This document shows, one piece after another, positions 57,297 through 64,000 of a stretch of 64,000 nucleotides of DNA (positions are counted from its first letter, which is position 1; each line of letters begins with the position of its first letter). The translations under genes were made by a program, and so were the position numbers. Origin of the DNA: Eledone cirrhosa (lineage: Eukaryota); assembly GCA_964016885.1 (NCBI GenBank), contig OZ024743.1:61628001-61692000 (forward strand), read 5' to 3'. Under the pieces are notes generated by a model. The model was not told the origin of the DNA and did not search any database. It was given only the letters and a program-made list of their open reading frames with translations.

Positions 57297-58110
57297 AGAG
57301 AATTTACAAGAATCAGAGCTATGTTCAAAGCATTTATTCACTTACAATTGTTTCATCCAAACCTAGGCTTGGTGTCTTCGGAGCATTTTTCAATGTTTGT
57401 ACACATAATTGACCTCCTTTCCAACGCAAGAGACATACAGATACATATATATATATATTGATGTACAGTGGATACGAAAACCATAACTTTCTTTTGCTTT
57501 TTCTTTTTATTTTTATTTTTCTGCACACATATTTTTTTGTTTTATACAAAAAATACCTTACCACTACAACCACCATAATAATCTTGCTTACCTGCTTAAA
57601 GTGCTTGCATTACGTGTAACACCCTGCCACACAATAATAGTATAAAAATGAGACACACTTGCATGCTCCAGATGTAACTAACGCATACACTACCTACTAC
57701 ATCTGACTATCAAACTATCCTCTTGCATTATCTGTGTTATCTGCCAAATGTATTTTAATTTTAATTTTGATTTTGATTTTGATTTTGATTTTGATTTTGA
57801 TTTTGAATTTGAATTGCTGTACAAAAATAGTATAGTATAATATATGCCACTCCTCTGTACATCAATATATATATATGTATCTCTATGTCTCTTGCGTTGG
57901 AAAGGAGGTCAATTATGTGTACAAACATTGAAAAATGCTCCGAAGAATCCAAGCCTAGGTTTGGATGAAAGAATTGTAAGTGAATAAATGCTTTGAACAT
58001 AGCTTTGATTCTTGTGAATTCTATATAACTGCTATGTAGAACAACTGATGTTATTACATTGAGCTATTTATCTTACTGGTAATAAGGTAGTAATAAATTA
58101 CTGACCTTCA
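57297..58110. mobile_element. Element with ~175-bp inverted termini (57297-57472 / 57851-58025); HHRs at 57339-57385(-) and 57936-57982(+)
   Basis: tgct-CCGAAGA-atccaagc..gtttggat-GAAA-(c/g)aattg-TA-agtg; internal (GATTTT)n. Confidence 0.8.
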
Positions 58111-58179
58111 CTGTTTAGGGTTTAAAATATACATAACTATAAAAAGTTTTAATATATACATAACCATAAATAGTATCCC

Positions 58180-58261
<82 letters not shown>

Positions 58262-58318
58262 TGTGTGTGTGTGTGTGTATGTGTGTGTGTGATTGTGTAT
58301 ATACATACATATATATAC

Positions 58319-58429
<111 letters not shown>

Positions 58430-58636
58430 AATTAGCGAGAATCACATTTCGGCTATTGGAAATTAGCGAAAAACAACTTCCGAATTGTGTGACAAGCGCT
58501 CCATAGAAACTAGTGAACTAGAGCAACAACGTACGTTAAAGGGCCAAACACACTGAGACGATGGTTAAACCATTATCTGCAAAGCCATAGAAACGACCAA
58601 GCATATATATGTATATATATATATACATAAATATAC

Positions 58637-59469
58637 CAAAATGGAGTGCTGCGTGGTTGCACATGGGTTACATATGAATAAAATTAGTCCTTCATCAGTG
58701 ATCTTCCAACCTTCATTGGTATTTCATCGCTTTAAAAATCATATACCTCTGGTTGGTGCGAGCAACAACTAAATCAAGTTATTGGGACAAGTAAAATAGG
58801 GTGAAGCGAGCGCGACATGTAAACAAACAAAGATGGTATTGCAACGGAAAGATAGGAAGAGACAAGTACATGATATCTATAAGCTTAAGCTTGGTGAAAT
58901 CATGGACGAGAGATACAGACCGTCCGACCTGGGTGAGATGTGAGCGAGAAAAGGATTTCACACAGGTCAAACGGGAGGAAGTAAGAGAGGGGTAGAAGCA
59001 GAGAGTGAGTAAGTGGAAGTGTGAGGAAGAGGCCAGCTGAGAGAGAGTGTGACAGGCAGAGGGGGTAAAAAGAAGGTGAGAGATAGAGAGAGAGGGGAAG
59101 CAGTAAGAAAGAAACAGACAGGTCGCATCTGAGGAAAAAATATAAATATAAACAAAATGGAGTACTGCGTGGTTGCACATGGGTTACATATGAATAAAAT
59201 TAGTCCTTCATCAGTGATCCTCCAACCTTCATTGGTATTTCATCGCTTTAAAAATCATATACCTCTGGTTGGTGCGAGCAATAACTAAATAAAGTTATTG
59301 GGACAAGTTAAATAGGGTGAAGCCACCTCTGTTTGTCTACATGTCTCGCTCGCTTCACCCTATTTTACTTGTCCCAATAACTTTAATTAGTTATTGCTCG
59401 CACAAACCAGAGGTATATGATCTTTAAAGCGATGAAATAGCAATGAAGGTTGGAAGATGACTAATGAAG

Positions 59470-59472
<3 letters not shown>
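58637..59472. mobile_element. Tandem + inverted pLTR-like repeat (58637-58830 and 59153-59322 direct; 59330-59472 inverted); fragment also at 41580-41785
   Basis: Direct matches; period ~516 bp; no complete HHR found. Confidence 0.75.
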
Positions 59473-59550
<78 letters not shown>

Positions 59551-59634
59551 AATATATATATATATACAAATATATATATATATATATACAAATATATATA
59601 TATATATATACATATATATGTATATATATATATA

Positions 59635-64000
<4,366 letters not shown>

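Noticed and set aside
58680-58740. CTGATGA (- strand) in the 58-59-kb and 41.7-kb repeat family
   Set aside because: Could not build stems II and III with a GAAA in any HHR topology

Overview
AT-rich eukaryotic (animal) non-coding DNA saturated with (TA)n/(TG)n microsatellites; I recognise no host gene exon. The repeat set (Meta-domain and CORE-like tRNA SINEs, an RTE LINE with a Ceph-domain-like 5' UTR, Penelope-like elements) suggests a cephalopod such as Octopus (inference). Recognisable coding remnants are five Penelope-like element (PLE) RT/GIY-YIG pseudogenes, one near full-length RTE LINE plus three other RTE pieces, and a CRE-like 3' fragment nested in an RTE. The main signal is one the ORF track cannot show. 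About 40 type I hammerhead ribozyme (HHR) motifs, found by eye and some degenerate, sit in short fold-back or inverted-repeat and tandem units inserted in (TA)n tracts. Most have a palindromic stem III. Several independent families carry the compensatory U3-A8 core (UUGANAA), some have >100-nt stem II insertions, and usually only one arm of each fold-back carries a tail with a shared ACTC...GAGT(G)CT hairpin. All structures and coordinates were read manually, and element boundaries are approximate.
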